This document shows, piece after piece, positions 18,639 to 27,838 of a stretch of 64,000 nt of DNA. This DNA comes from Patescibacteria group bacterium (lineage in GTDB: Bacteria > Patescibacteriota > Microgenomatia > UBA10105 > UBA927): positions 27,814-91,813 of the forward strand of contig DATKGN010000010.1 of assembly GCA_035510735.1 (NCBI GenBank), given 5' to 3'. Below the pieces are notes generated by a model. That model had not been told where the DNA came from. It made no database searches and saw nothing but the letters and a program-made list of their open reading frames with translations. Every line of letters starts with the position of its first letter. Within the stretch, counting starts at the first letter, position 1. A program made the translations under genes and the position numbers.

Positions 18639-18717
18639 GCAAAGGGGTCGTGGTTCCCCGCCTGCCAGAGCTTACGCTCAGGCGTTAGCGGGCAGGGACT
18701 CCACGTGGCCCTGCAAA
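18639..18717. repeat. tRNA-associated element (copy 2), bounded by a direct repeat of the tRNA-Trp 3' end
   Basis: 'gtggccctgcaaa' occurs at 18631-18643 and again at 18705-18717. Between them lies 'ccccgcctgccagagcttacgctcaggcgttagcgggcaggga'. Confidence 0.6.
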
Positions 18718-18791
18718 CCAAACACGTTAGAATGACACTATTGTTCATTATTTCGTTTCATTTCGAAAATCTTCTATTATAGAATATAACT

Positions 18792-19322
18792 ATGCGTAAA
18801 CAATATTTACTTATACTCTGTGGACATCCATTTTCCGGCAAAACAACTCTCGCTCAAGCGATTGTAAATCAATATGATTTGGCATTTGTAAATCTTGACG
18901 AAATAAATCGAAGCCGAGGTGTTGGAATCAAGGGTAAGCCCATGACTCCTCGACTCTGGAAAGAAACGTACGAGTTGGGTTTTAAAGAAACAAAAAAACT
19001 ACTACAAGGTGGAAAATCAGTTGTATATGAAGGAGCCAACTTTACCGAACTACTTCGGTCAGAAATTCTAGCCATAACAAAACATACAAATATTATTCCA
19101 ATCATCATACACGTTGCCACAACCCAGAACGAATGCCATAAAAGATTACTACACAACCGGAAAACAAATAGTAGATACGACGTTAAAGACAAAGATTTTT
19201 CATTAGTATGTAATAACTTTCAGATACCGACTGAAAAAGAAGCAAAAGTACTTACGTATAATGCAGACTCTCCTCTGGGTTATTGGCTAATAGAGAATCT
19301 AGATGTTTGCTTTAAAAAATAA
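18792..19322 (+). CDS. P-loop NTPase/nucleotide kinase-like (AAA_33/zeta-toxin-like fold)
   Basis: Walker A 'LCGHPFSGKTTLA'. AT-rich by eye compared with its neighbours. Confidence 0.55.
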   Translation: MRKQYLLILCGHPFSGKTTLAQAIVNQYDLAFVNLDEINRSRGVGIKGKPMTPRLWKETYELGFKETKKLLQGGKSVVYEGANFTELLRSEILAITKHTNIIPIIIHVATTQNECHKRLLHNRKTNSRYDVKDKDFSLVCNNFQIPTEKEAKVLTYNADSPLGYWLIENLDVCFKK

Positions 19323-19365
19323 TATAATTCATCACAGTCTACCGGTGCCGGCATCTTAAAACACT

Positions 19366-20091
19366 ATGTTTACCTACGAACAAATATTTAAGGATAAACA
19401 CTCAGTTTTATTCGTAACTGCGCATCCTGACGATATTTTGGTTTATTATGCTGCTCTCGTTCATAAACTTCGAAAAGAAAATAAAAACGTATATGCCGTA
19501 ACGGTAACGAATGGCGCCCGGGGCAGTGGTGATAAAAACATATCGGAATCGGAACTTTCCCGTATGCGCATAAAAGAAGAAACTGCTGCCCTCAAGTTTT
19601 TGGGAGTCAATGCGGAAAATACGCTTTGCCTCGATTATAAAGACGGCGAGGTGGAAAGTAACTACAAGTTCATTGGTGAAATTTCAAAATATATTCGCAA
19701 ATTCAAAGCTGACATCGTCTGCACTCATGAGCCAACGGCAATCTATCAAGCGACGTATAAACGTGATGGATTTTTCGTCCAACATCGGGATCATCGAAAA
19801 GTAGCGGAAGCGGTGGTTGATGCCGTATATCCCTTCTCACGAGATCGATCATTCTTTCCCGAGCAAATAAAAGAAGGCATCGAACCGCATACGCTTTACG
19901 ACATCGTTATGACGGACGAAATCTCATGTAATTTTGAACTGGATTACACTGAAGATTTAGAGGTTAAAAAGGCAGCGATGCGTATTCATAAAAGCCAGTT
20001 TGATGAAGCATTTATCAACGATATTGTGGATACGGTACGAAATAATGATCGGTACGTGGAAAAATACTTCTATGTAAAACTATTATGGTAA
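19366..20091 (+). CDS. PIG-L/LmbE-family N-acetylglucosaminyl deacetylase
   Basis: 'LFVTAHPDDILVYY' (AHPDDE motif) and downstream His/Asp-rich motifs. Confidence 0.7.
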   Translation: MFTYEQIFKDKHSVLFVTAHPDDILVYYAALVHKLRKENKNVYAVTVTNGARGSGDKNISESELSRMRIKEETAALKFLGVNAENTLCLDYKDGEVESNYKFIGEISKYIRKFKADIVCTHEPTAIYQATYKRDGFFVQHRDHRKVAEAVVDAVYPFSRDRSFFPEQIKEGIEPHTLYDIVMTDEISCNFELDYTEDLEVKKAAMRIHKSQFDEAFINDIVDTVRNNDRYVEKYFYVKLLW

Positions 20092-20804
20092 ACAAGCTCC
20101 GACCGACTGTTATTTGCCATATGATGATGACCATCGATGGGAAAATCACGAGTGGTGAACAAACAGATATTCTCAACAACTATTTTGACCTCTATACCAA
20201 AACGGAAGATATGCTCCCCGCTCATACAGCTTGGATGTGCGGACGTGTGACGATGCAAATGTTTGCGAGTACTAAAGATGTCTCCCTACCAACGCCATCA
20301 CATGCTATTGAGCCAATAGATTATATAGCCCCGCACGAGGGCAATCTGTTCATGTTCGGTGTGGACACTAAAGGCGTACTCCGTTGGGGTAAAAACTCAA
20401 TAAAACTCTCAAATGTTGCCGAGCCGCTCCATCTGGTAGTCATAGTGACCACATCAACTCCGAAAGAGTATCTCCAATATCTGCAAAATAATGGTATCTC
20501 GTATCTCGTAGCGGGTACTAATGAAATAGATTTCCTTAAACTTTTTACAACAATGAAGGAAAAATTCGGAGTTGAAACGCTTCTTCTTGAAGGTGGCGGT
20601 CTTCTCAATGGATCAGTAATGGCAGATAACCTCGTCGATGAAATTAGTATACTCGTCACACCTACAGTGACCAATCGAAGCAAAGCTCCATCAGTATTTG
20701 AACGAAAACAAGAAGAACCCCTAAACCTGCGACCCTACTCGCTCGTGGGTGTACAAAAACTAGATAAAGACACGGTTTGGTTGAGGTATAAAAAACATGA
20801 ATGA
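20085..20804 (+). CDS. RibD C-terminal domain/dihydrofolate-reductase-like reductase
   Basis: 'VICHMMMTIDGKIT' start typical of the RibD_C/DHFR-like family, and 'LLLEGGGLLNGSV'. Confidence 0.6.
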   Translation: MVNKLRPTVICHMMMTIDGKITSGEQTDILNNYFDLYTKTEDMLPAHTAWMCGRVTMQMFASTKDVSLPTPSHAIEPIDYIAPHEGNLFMFGVDTKGVLRWGKNSIKLSNVAEPLHLVVIVTTSTPKEYLQYLQNNGISYLVAGTNEIDFLKLFTTMKEKFGVETLLLEGGGLLNGSVMADNLVDEISILVTPTVTNRSKAPSVFERKQEEPLNLRPYSLVGVQKLDKDTVWLRYKKHE

Positions 20805-21081
20805 TAGCATTTATACACAAATACAAACAATTTCTGACGGTGGATTTGGCTCATGTGATGTATACACAATGAAGTCCGGCGGGATCGAGCGGAAACACTA
20901 CCATAACGGCATCGAAATCGTATATGTCATCAAAGGAAACTGTAAAACTCACAAGCAGGGACAAGTATACGTCTATCAAAAAGGTCAAATCCACGAAGTG
21001 ATTAATGACTCGAAAAATGAACTTGTTTTTGTTTGTTTAACAATCCCTCCGGAATCAAAAGAAAATACTATGTATATATAG
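20797..21081 (+). CDS. cupin-domain protein
   Basis: 'HYHNGIEIVYVIKGNC...GQVYVYQKGQIHEV', the two cupin motifs. Confidence 0.6.
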   Translation: MNDSIYTQIQTISDGGFGSCDVYTMKSGGIERKHYHNGIEIVYVIKGNCKTHKQGQVYVYQKGQIHEVINDSKNELVFVCLTIPPESKENTMYI

Positions 21082-21118
21082 AGCAACTATTATTTAATAA
21101 AACCATAAATTATCCTCC

Positions 21119-22003
21119 ATGTTTCAAATACTAAACTTTTTTGAACGAATGTATTGGAAAATATCACGAAAAATTGTGGGATTGACGAGCTACAAAGTCT
21201 ACCATGATGACCCACTTCATGAATTTCCCATCCTGCCATTTCCTAAGTTTGTCCGGTCAGTAAAAACCAAACTGAAACGAAACAACGGCACGTGGTTTCT
21301 TGACATGAAACTCGGAAATGAAAAGCGTATGACCTACGCATTTTTGGAAAAACCATTTGACCCCAAACAACCGACAATTATTTTTCATCACGGAGCCGGA
21401 ATGATCAATTATCGAAATTTATTATGGCTCTATTTCCTCCGCGGACCATTAACCAAATACAACCTTATTTCAATTAAAGCCCAGGAGCATGAATCCACGA
21501 TGACGTTTGCGAAAACCGGATTTAATACGCTTACTCACCAGCTGGCGACATTCGCGGGATCCGTTCTCATGGTCGAAGCGCTGGTGAAATGGCTGCGGGC
21601 AGAGCGATCAATGCCTGTGGTAATCGGCGCGTCCATGGGCGGGATTGTCGCTTCTTGGCATTGGTTATTATTTAATACGGCAGCGTTTTATTTTCCCATC
21701 ACCGCATATCCAAATGTGACGGAAATATTTTTAGGTGTCGGCTATGACGGCGCGACCGACCACCGATACGAAAGGCAATTATTATCAACATATGCGAATG
21801 CATTTCTTGCGCCTTGGAAGAATCCAAAATTATATAAAGACAAGGTGTTTCCCATTCTCGGAAAAAATGACACGATTGTCCCCTATCAACACGCACGCGA
21901 ATTCTGGAAGGGATATGATGTACTCACCTTCCCGAATGGCCACATGACAACGGCGCTTCATTATAATAAGATAACCACACACATCGCATCAAAGCTGCCG
22001 TAG
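21119..22003 (+). CDS. alpha/beta-fold hydrolase
   Basis: 'IFHHGAGM' and nucleophile elbow 'VIGASMGGIVA'. Confidence 0.5.
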   Translation: MFQILNFFERMYWKISRKIVGLTSYKVYHDDPLHEFPILPFPKFVRSVKTKLKRNNGTWFLDMKLGNEKRMTYAFLEKPFDPKQPTIIFHHGAGMINYRNLLWLYFLRGPLTKYNLISIKAQEHESTMTFAKTGFNTLTHQLATFAGSVLMVEALVKWLRAERSMPVVIGASMGGIVASWHWLLFNTAAFYFPITAYPNVTEIFLGVGYDGATDHRYERQLLSTYANAFLAPWKNPKLYKDKVFPILGKNDTIVPYQHAREFWKGYDVLTFPNGHMTTALHYNKITTHIASKLP

Positions 22004-22025
22004 AATCAAAAAGTATATTATCCCG

Positions 22026-23129
22026 TTATAGAACTGATAGGAGTATGAGTTGTACCCAATGAACGACACCGAGGGGCTGGACACAGGCAAAAATAACCCA
22101 CGCAATAAACGCCGCATTGCGCCTTTGGTCGCGCTTTTTTGAAATCCCGTAAAATATGGAAAGTGTCCATCCGATGAATAGTAAAAGACCGATACTCCCC
22201 GACCAGAGTGCAACGTCAAGAAATACGTTATGCGACCGGTCGATCATGAAATTCACAAGATTCACGTGCTCTAGTTTCATCGCATTATCGTAAATCACCT
22301 CTTCTGTTTCGGCGCCGTATCCGAGTATCGGCCGCTTGAGAAATTCCCCAAGTCCGACGCGCCAATAAAGAAGACGATTCTCGTAAATAGACGGGGGGCG
22401 GGACAATGTAATGGAGCGATATTGCATTAAACCTGCGATTGCGATCGCCACAAATATCAAAATCATGCCAACAACAACGAGGGTGTGTTTCCTCTTTTCC
22501 ATAAGTGACCGGACACCGAATCCGAGCATTACGATCACGGCACAAATGAGTGCGCTCCGCGATTCCGTTGCTACAATTGCAGCTCCGCTAATGATATAAA
22601 AAATAATCCGCATCCAATTGGGTATTCGCGGCCACAGAAGTATCCACAATAATCCGACCGCTAGATAGCCGCCGAGTGCATTGGGTTCTCCGAATGTGCC
22701 AAGCGGCCGCACGGACCACGCAAGGATTTTTTGCTCTAAGGTAAGTACGCTTTCGATAAGTACCCCGAAACCGAGAAGCGACAATACATATTCACGGTGT
22801 TTCAATGAGAACTGTCGTACGGTTTCGAGAATTAACAGTAAGGTAAAGAAAAATAATATTCCCTGATGCCGGTAGCTGCCGCCGATGAACGAATCAATCG
22901 GGTGAATACCGATAAGACTTGCAATGCCCAAAATTCCAATCCACCCCAATAACCACTCACCCGTTTGGCTTAACCGGAGCGGGTGCAAACGGATGAGCCG
23001 TATGAACCAATACAGTGTCAGGAAAAATCCTCCGATCCACAGCCACACAACTTTTGTGCCCTCGAACGCGCCGTAAAGCATGACGAACGGCATACATGCA
23101 ATCCAGTAGGTAAGTAGCAGTGTAAGCAT
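22026..23129 (-). CDS. O-antigen ligase (Wzy_C)-family membrane protein
   Basis: About 10 TM helices, 'ATESRSALICAVIVMLGF', 'RSHNVFLDVALWSGSIGLLLF'. Confidence 0.55.
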   Translation of the reverse strand: MLTLLLTYWIACMPFVMLYGAFEGTKVVWLWIGGFFLTLYWFIRLIRLHPLRLSQTGEWLLGWIGILGIASLIGIHPIDSFIGGSYRHQGILFFFTLLLILETVRQFSLKHREYVLSLLGFGVLIESVLTLEQKILAWSVRPLGTFGEPNALGGYLAVGLLWILLWPRIPNWMRIIFYIISGAAIVATESRSALICAVIVMLGFGVRSLMEKRKHTLVVVGMILIFVAIAIAGLMQYRSITLSRPPSIYENRLLYWRVGLGEFLKRPILGYGAETEEVIYDNAMKLEHVNLVNFMIDRSHNVFLDVALWSGSIGLLLFIGWTLSIFYGISKKRDQRRNAAFIAWVIFACVQPLGVVHWVQLILLSVL

Positions 23130-23227
23130 CTACTAAAAGTATACGGACTTTCGGATATTCCTGCTACCCATAAATAAGTAAAGTTAAATATATATATATT
23201 TGTAATCTATATTACTTTATTAGTTAT

Positions 23228-23256
23228 TGACGACTCATACACATGACGATACGATG
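23228..23256 (+). promoter_or_regulatory. candidate sigma70-like promoter for the giant surface-protein gene
   Basis: 'TTGACG' - 17 nt - 'TACGAT' in an AT-rich leader before ATG 23262. Confidence 0.3.
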
Positions 23257-23261
23257 ATAGT

Positions 23262-26200
23262 GTGAATTTATATCAATCGAGAACGCATTTTGTCATGACT
23301 CAGCGGAATTATCTTCTGCGCGTTTTTATCGGCCTTGTTCTCCTTTTCCTCTTGCCGTTATTTATTTGGGCCGTATTGACACAGCGGATTGAGCTTCGTA
23401 AACGGGCTGCTTCTGCCGAACCGGTCACATGTTGGGGTCGGGCTTTCGAACAAAATAATACTCCTTATTGGCCTGACCGATGCGGCGCCGGCGGAGCAAA
23501 CGCAAGTTCAAGCGCCTGTGCACAAGTGACAACGCCGTTATCAATCGTTGAAATGTCCGGATACAAAAAATGGAAAACGGAAGGAAGAAAACCAATCTAC
23601 GGTTGTGTTGCCCCAATTAACTGGCAAACACAATACGCTTCCCTTCAGGCGAGTGACATATTGGTCGTAGCAAACGATAGCTCATTCACAGCAAATTACG
23701 CAACCGATCTCGTGCTACATTCAAATCCACCCGATACAGATCCCAACTACATGACGCTTGAGTCAACGTGGACGCAAAACGGGTTCAATATGGGATTGAA
23801 TATGTATTTTACGGCAGAGACGGCAACCCCAGCCGGGATACTCGGGATATTCGGAACCCCGTCCCGAAAGTGGCGCGTCACGGAAATCAGAACGTCTGAC
23901 AGCCAAGTCGGCAGCGGTTGGATTTATTATAAAAATCCGAACATCCCCGCGATGAATATAGGGAAACCATTCACAGGAACTATTGATTTGACGTCAACGG
24001 ATGGCGGCACCGGAGAGATACGATTTACGAACCTTCGTCTCCAGGCATTCTTAAACGAAACTCCTCCTAATCCAAGTCACACGCCTAAACCGATACCAGC
24101 ATCTTCAGAATGCGGCCCCTGCGGTTCTGGTTGCCCTTCGGGTCTGGTTTGCCAAACTATGCCGACGCCTACGCCGTTTTGCCCAAATGGCTCCAACGGA
24201 CCCTGTAGCACGATAGTCGTTAGCCCCTATCAGGCATGTGTGAAACCGGACGGCTCAAGCCTGTGTCCCGTACAACGTGATGCTATGTGTTTCGGGCAAC
24301 CCAACGGAAAACAATGTAACGGCGCGTGTACCGATTCGATGCCAACGCATTGTTCTACCGGCGTCTGTCAAAACAACCAGTGTGTCTTTGACTCGACCCC
24401 CACGCCGACGCCCGTAGCATGTCTTGACGTCACAAGAGCGCTCGCGAGCGTTGCTCCCCTGAAAGCTGGCTCGAGTATTGGCTTAAATTGGGGCGGCCTC
24501 AATGAAAAATGGTTCCAGGATAAAAATAATCAGTGGTATTATATTTACGCAGATCCGAGCGGCGTACCGCCGCTCTATGTTGTTTGGCTTTGGAACGGGG
24601 CCACGGGACTTCAGCAAAATGGTTATAATGTCCGAGGAGATGCCCCAATAACGCCTTCAACAAAAAGCTGTTACGACGCCATAACGCCGGACTATGTTTT
24701 CCCATCAATTGCACATAGCTCGTGTGCGGGCCCAAATGGCTCAACATGTCAATACGACGATTGCAATACATGTACTACAGTTCCTAACGGAAAAGTTCAT
24801 TGCACATTAGAGAAGGCATGCATGAAAACGGGCATCTGTACGAACAATCTCTGCCAACCACCCCCTGCCCCGACTCCAACGCCGCACAATTACTGTGCCG
24901 GTGCGAACGGCTCAACCTGCCAATACGACGCCAGCAATACGTGTACTACAGCTCCTAACGGAAAAGTTGCTTGCACATTAGTGAAGGCACGTATGAAAAC
25001 GGGCATCTGTACGAACAATCTCTGCCAATCTGCGCCAAGCCCGACTCCAACGCCGCACAATTACTGTGCGGGCGCAAACGGCACGGCTTGTCCGTATACA
25101 CCGTGTACTCCCTGTAACGGCACAAATTGTACAAACATCTGGTGCCCTGCCACTCCCGGAATGTGTACAAATAATCAATGCCAGCCACCGCCTCAAGCGG
25201 GATGTTATTATCAGACAATGGAATGTTTTGCGGCGCCGTGCCCGGTTACGCTCGTGTGTCCGACGCCTACGCCGACACCCGCCTGTGTCAGAAACAACCC
25301 GACTATAACTATTAATCCATCAAATCAATCCGGCCACCCGGGCGATAATCTATTTTATAAAATATTATTTACCGATACAGACAGCCGTGAATGTGCCCCA
25401 TCTGAATTTTCCATAACTGCACAGCCGGGCACGGGTCTGACATCCTTATTAACATTTACAACCTTACCTAATGTGTATCCCCAAAATACTCCCGGTGATG
25501 GCATGAATGTGACGTCTGCCACGTCAGGTTTTTCATCACCCACAACGGTTCCGATTATTGTCACCGTAACTAATAACAATTCAGGATTGTATACACAGCT
25601 CAATACAACAACATACACCATCGTACCAACGCCGACTCCAACGCCTACTCCGACACCCTCACCCACACCGACGCCGACAGTTACGCCGACGCCGACCAAT
25701 AGCCCGACGCCGACGCCGACGCCCACGCCGACGCCGCAGAATTTGGAATTCCTGGTGAAGCTCGCCGGCGTTACCGGTGGAGCAGCTGAAGGCGCAAAGA
25801 TAACCGTTAAATTTAATGTGCAGGGCGGATCGACGCTCCAATTATCATCACCCCTCACGCTTACTCATATCGGCAACGGTGTGTATAGAACAACAGCTAC
25901 GATCACAAATCCATTCCCAGCAGGCACAAACTATACTATTTCCATCAAAGGTGAAAAGCACGCGGCAATTGTATTCACTCATCAATCGAGCCAGACGAAT
26001 GAATGTTCCGACGGGCAATATATTACGATGCCGAACCCCGTGCCAAGCGGATTGACATTTGACTTTACCGGTGTACCACTCCCTGCGGGAGACACAAATC
26101 CTCAGGATAATCAGGTTAATCAAACTGATATCGACCGCGTCGTAGCGCTCATGGGGAAATCAAGTAGTAGTCTGACGGATAACGATAAACTCGTCGGCGA

Positions 26201-26282
26201 TCTCAATTATGACGGAGTCATTAATATCAATGATTTATTCCTGATGTATAAAACATTACAGACACGCTGCGATGCAAATTAA
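23262..26282 (+). CDS. giant secreted Cys-rich repeat protein with PT linkers and C-terminal dockerin-like module
   Basis: N-terminal TM. Three tandem Cys modules 'YCAGANGSTCQYD..NTCTT.PNGKV.CTL.KA.MKTGICTNNLCQ'. '(TPTP)n' linkers. C-terminal 'GDLNYDGVININDLFLMYKTL' plus a preceding 'DNQVNQTDIDRVVAL' (dockerin-type Ca-binding repeats). Confidence 0.6.
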   Translation: MNLYQSRTHFVMTQRNYLLRVFIGLVLLFLLPLFIWAVLTQRIELRKRAASAEPVTCWGRAFEQNNTPYWPDRCGAGGANASSSACAQVTTPLSIVEMSGYKKWKTEGRKPIYGCVAPINWQTQYASLQASDILVVANDSSFTANYATDLVLHSNPPDTDPNYMTLESTWTQNGFNMGLNMYFTAETATPAGILGIFGTPSRKWRVTEIRTSDSQVGSGWIYYKNPNIPAMNIGKPFTGTIDLTSTDGGTGEIRFTNLRLQAFLNETPPNPSHTPKPIPASSECGPCGSGCPSGLVCQTMPTPTPFCPNGSNGPCSTIVVSPYQACVKPDGSSLCPVQRDAMCFGQPNGKQCNGACTDSMPTHCSTGVCQNNQCVFDSTPTPTPVACLDVTRALASVAPLKAGSSIGLNWGGLNEKWFQDKNNQWYYIYADPSGVPPLYVVWLWNGATGLQQNGYNVRGDAPITPSTKSCYDAITPDYVFPSIAHSSCAGPNGSTCQYDDCNTCTTVPNGKVHCTLEKACMKTGICTNNLCQPPPAPTPTPHNYCAGANGSTCQYDASNTCTTAPNGKVACTLVKARMKTGICTNNLCQSAPSPTPTPHNYCAGANGTACPYTPCTPCNGTNCTNIWCPATPGMCTNNQCQPPPQAGCYYQTMECFAAPCPVTLVCPTPTPTPACVRNNPTITINPSNQSGHPGDNLFYKILFTDTDSRECAPSEFSITAQPGTGLTSLLTFTTLPNVYPQNTPGDGMNVTSATSGFSSPTTVPIIVTVTNNNSGLYTQLNTTTYTIVPTPTPTPTPTPSPTPTPTVTPTPTNSPTPTPTPTPTPQNLEFLVKLAGVTGGAAEGAKITVKFNVQGGSTLQLSSPLTLTHIGNGVYRTTATITNPFPAGTNYTISIKGEKHAAIVFTHQSSQTNECSDGQYITMPNPVPSGLTFDFTGVPLPAGDTNPQDNQVNQTDIDRVVALMGKSSSSLTDNDKLVGDLNYDGVININDLFLMYKTLQTRCDAN

Positions 26283-27468
26283 ACTGCCGACATCTGTTCT
26301 CGCATTAATCCTCGCCATCCTGGCGTTTAGTTTCCCTGTGGCGAAAGCCTATGCAGCACCGAATCTGCAATTTGATCAGACATCCGTCACTGCCGCCCAA
26401 AATGCAACGTTCCAGTTAAATATAACTATCAATGTTGATACAAATACGGTGATGGGAAGTGATGCGGTCGTCAACTACGCGGCCGCTGACTTACAGGTCA
26501 CGGATGTTTCAAGCGGGGGATTTTTTCCCCAATTTACAAAAGCAACAGATACTGCAGGTAAAATAGAAATTCACGGCTTTACCGGACAAAACGACAGCAG
26601 AACCGGCACCGGAACGTTCGCAACTATCACGTTTAAAGCGTTAAAAAACAGTGGCAGCAGTAATATCTCCTACACATGCACCGGTTCAGGAACGGACACT
26701 GATATCATTACTACAACAGGGCAAAATATCCTCGTTTGCACACAACTTAATAACGCAGGCATTAGTTACGCCTCAAGCGGAACGAGCTCGCCTACACCTA
26801 CGGCAACGACAGCGCCCGGGGTCACTGCGACGCCTACGCCAACCACCGCGCCATCAACGGGCGGCAATACGATCCCAACCTGTTCAGGACTAACGGCCAA
26901 CGTTACATCATCCGTCGGAACTCCACTGGCCGTAACGTTCACTTGCAGCGGAACTGATCCGGACGGCTATATGAACGGTGCACTCTTTACGTTCGGTGAC
27001 GGTACAAATCAGACAATAACGAAAAATGTCGGTAGTCCGGGCTCGATAGCAACCACGCACACCTATACAACCATCGGCGCACTCGGCGCCTCCTGTATCG
27101 TTCAGGATAATAATAATGCATGGTCAAACAGCGTAAGCGCGTGTACATCAGTTATTACCATTCAACCAACTCCATCGCCGACACCGCGGCAATCGATAGC
27201 CTATATCAGTGGCTACACAACTGGTCAGATAACCCCGACGCCTACTCCCGTTATCGTTTCAATTATTTCGGAGACTCCGGAGCCTACGTTTGAACTTACC
27301 CCAACGCCGACACCGGTATCTGAAGGAGAATCTAATGGCTCTGGTCGGCTGTGGTGGATAATTGGCGGAGTCATCGCAGTAGTCGTTGCGCTCATCCTCA
27401 TCCTGAGGCGCAAAAATCCCCCACCGAAAATTCCCCTAGCGAATGAAATCCCTATTGCCGAAGGATAG
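26272..27468 (+). CDS. membrane-anchored cohesin-like protein (cohesin-like + Ig/PKD-like + PT linker + C-terminal TM)
   Basis: Start overlaps the stop of the dockerin protein by 11 nt. Signal peptide. 'TAAQNATFQLNITINVDTNTVMGSDAVVNYAAADLQVTDVSSGGFF...GTFATITFKALKNSGSSNISY' is cohesin-like. C-terminal 'LWWIIGGVIAVVVALILILRRK' anchor. Confidence 0.5.
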   Translation: MQIKLPTSVLALILAILAFSFPVAKAYAAPNLQFDQTSVTAAQNATFQLNITINVDTNTVMGSDAVVNYAAADLQVTDVSSGGFFPQFTKATDTAGKIEIHGFTGQNDSRTGTGTFATITFKALKNSGSSNISYTCTGSGTDTDIITTTGQNILVCTQLNNAGISYASSGTSSPTPTATTAPGVTATPTPTTAPSTGGNTIPTCSGLTANVTSSVGTPLAVTFTCSGTDPDGYMNGALFTFGDGTNQTITKNVGSPGSIATTHTYTTIGALGASCIVQDNNNAWSNSVSACTSVITIQPTPSPTPRQSIAYISGYTTGQITPTPTPVIVSIISETPEPTFELTPTPTPVSEGESNGSGRLWWIIGGVIAVVVALILILRRKNPPPKIPLANEIPIAEG

Positions 27469-27832
27469 AACGGACACTCCTAACATCCTCTTCCATCTGA
27501 CGTGTGAGTGCGTCAACGGACGGAAATTTTATGATATCACGAAGCTTTCTCATCGGTTCGACCAATATCTGCGTCATATCGCTCATTGATAAATCCATCC
27601 CATCCAAACCTAATAAAAAAACTTCAAGATTGCGGCTGGCGTCATCAAACGTCGGTATCGGACCCCAGTGCATGGCTCCCCGAAATTTCGTACCGCTTAT
27701 CGTGACCCATGCAGCGTAGACACCTTCCGCAAGATCAAACCCCTCTGGAATTGCCATATTGACGGTAGGGTATCCCAAAAATCTTCCTCTTCCTTTTCCC
27801 TTTATTTGTTTCGTTACGAAATGCGTGGTCAC
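27452..27832 (-). CDS. riboflavin kinase (monofunctional, RibF C-terminal-type)
   Basis: 'KGKGRGRFLGYPTVNM' (GRGRxLGxPTAN flavokinase motif). Confidence 0.7.
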   Translation of the reverse strand: MTTHFVTKQIKGKGRGRFLGYPTVNMAIPEGFDLAEGVYAAWVTISGTKFRGAMHWGPIPTFDDASRNLEVFLLGLDGMDLSMSDMTQILVEPMRKLRDIIKFPSVDALTRQMEEDVRSVRSILRQ

Positions 27833-27838
27833 AGTAGG

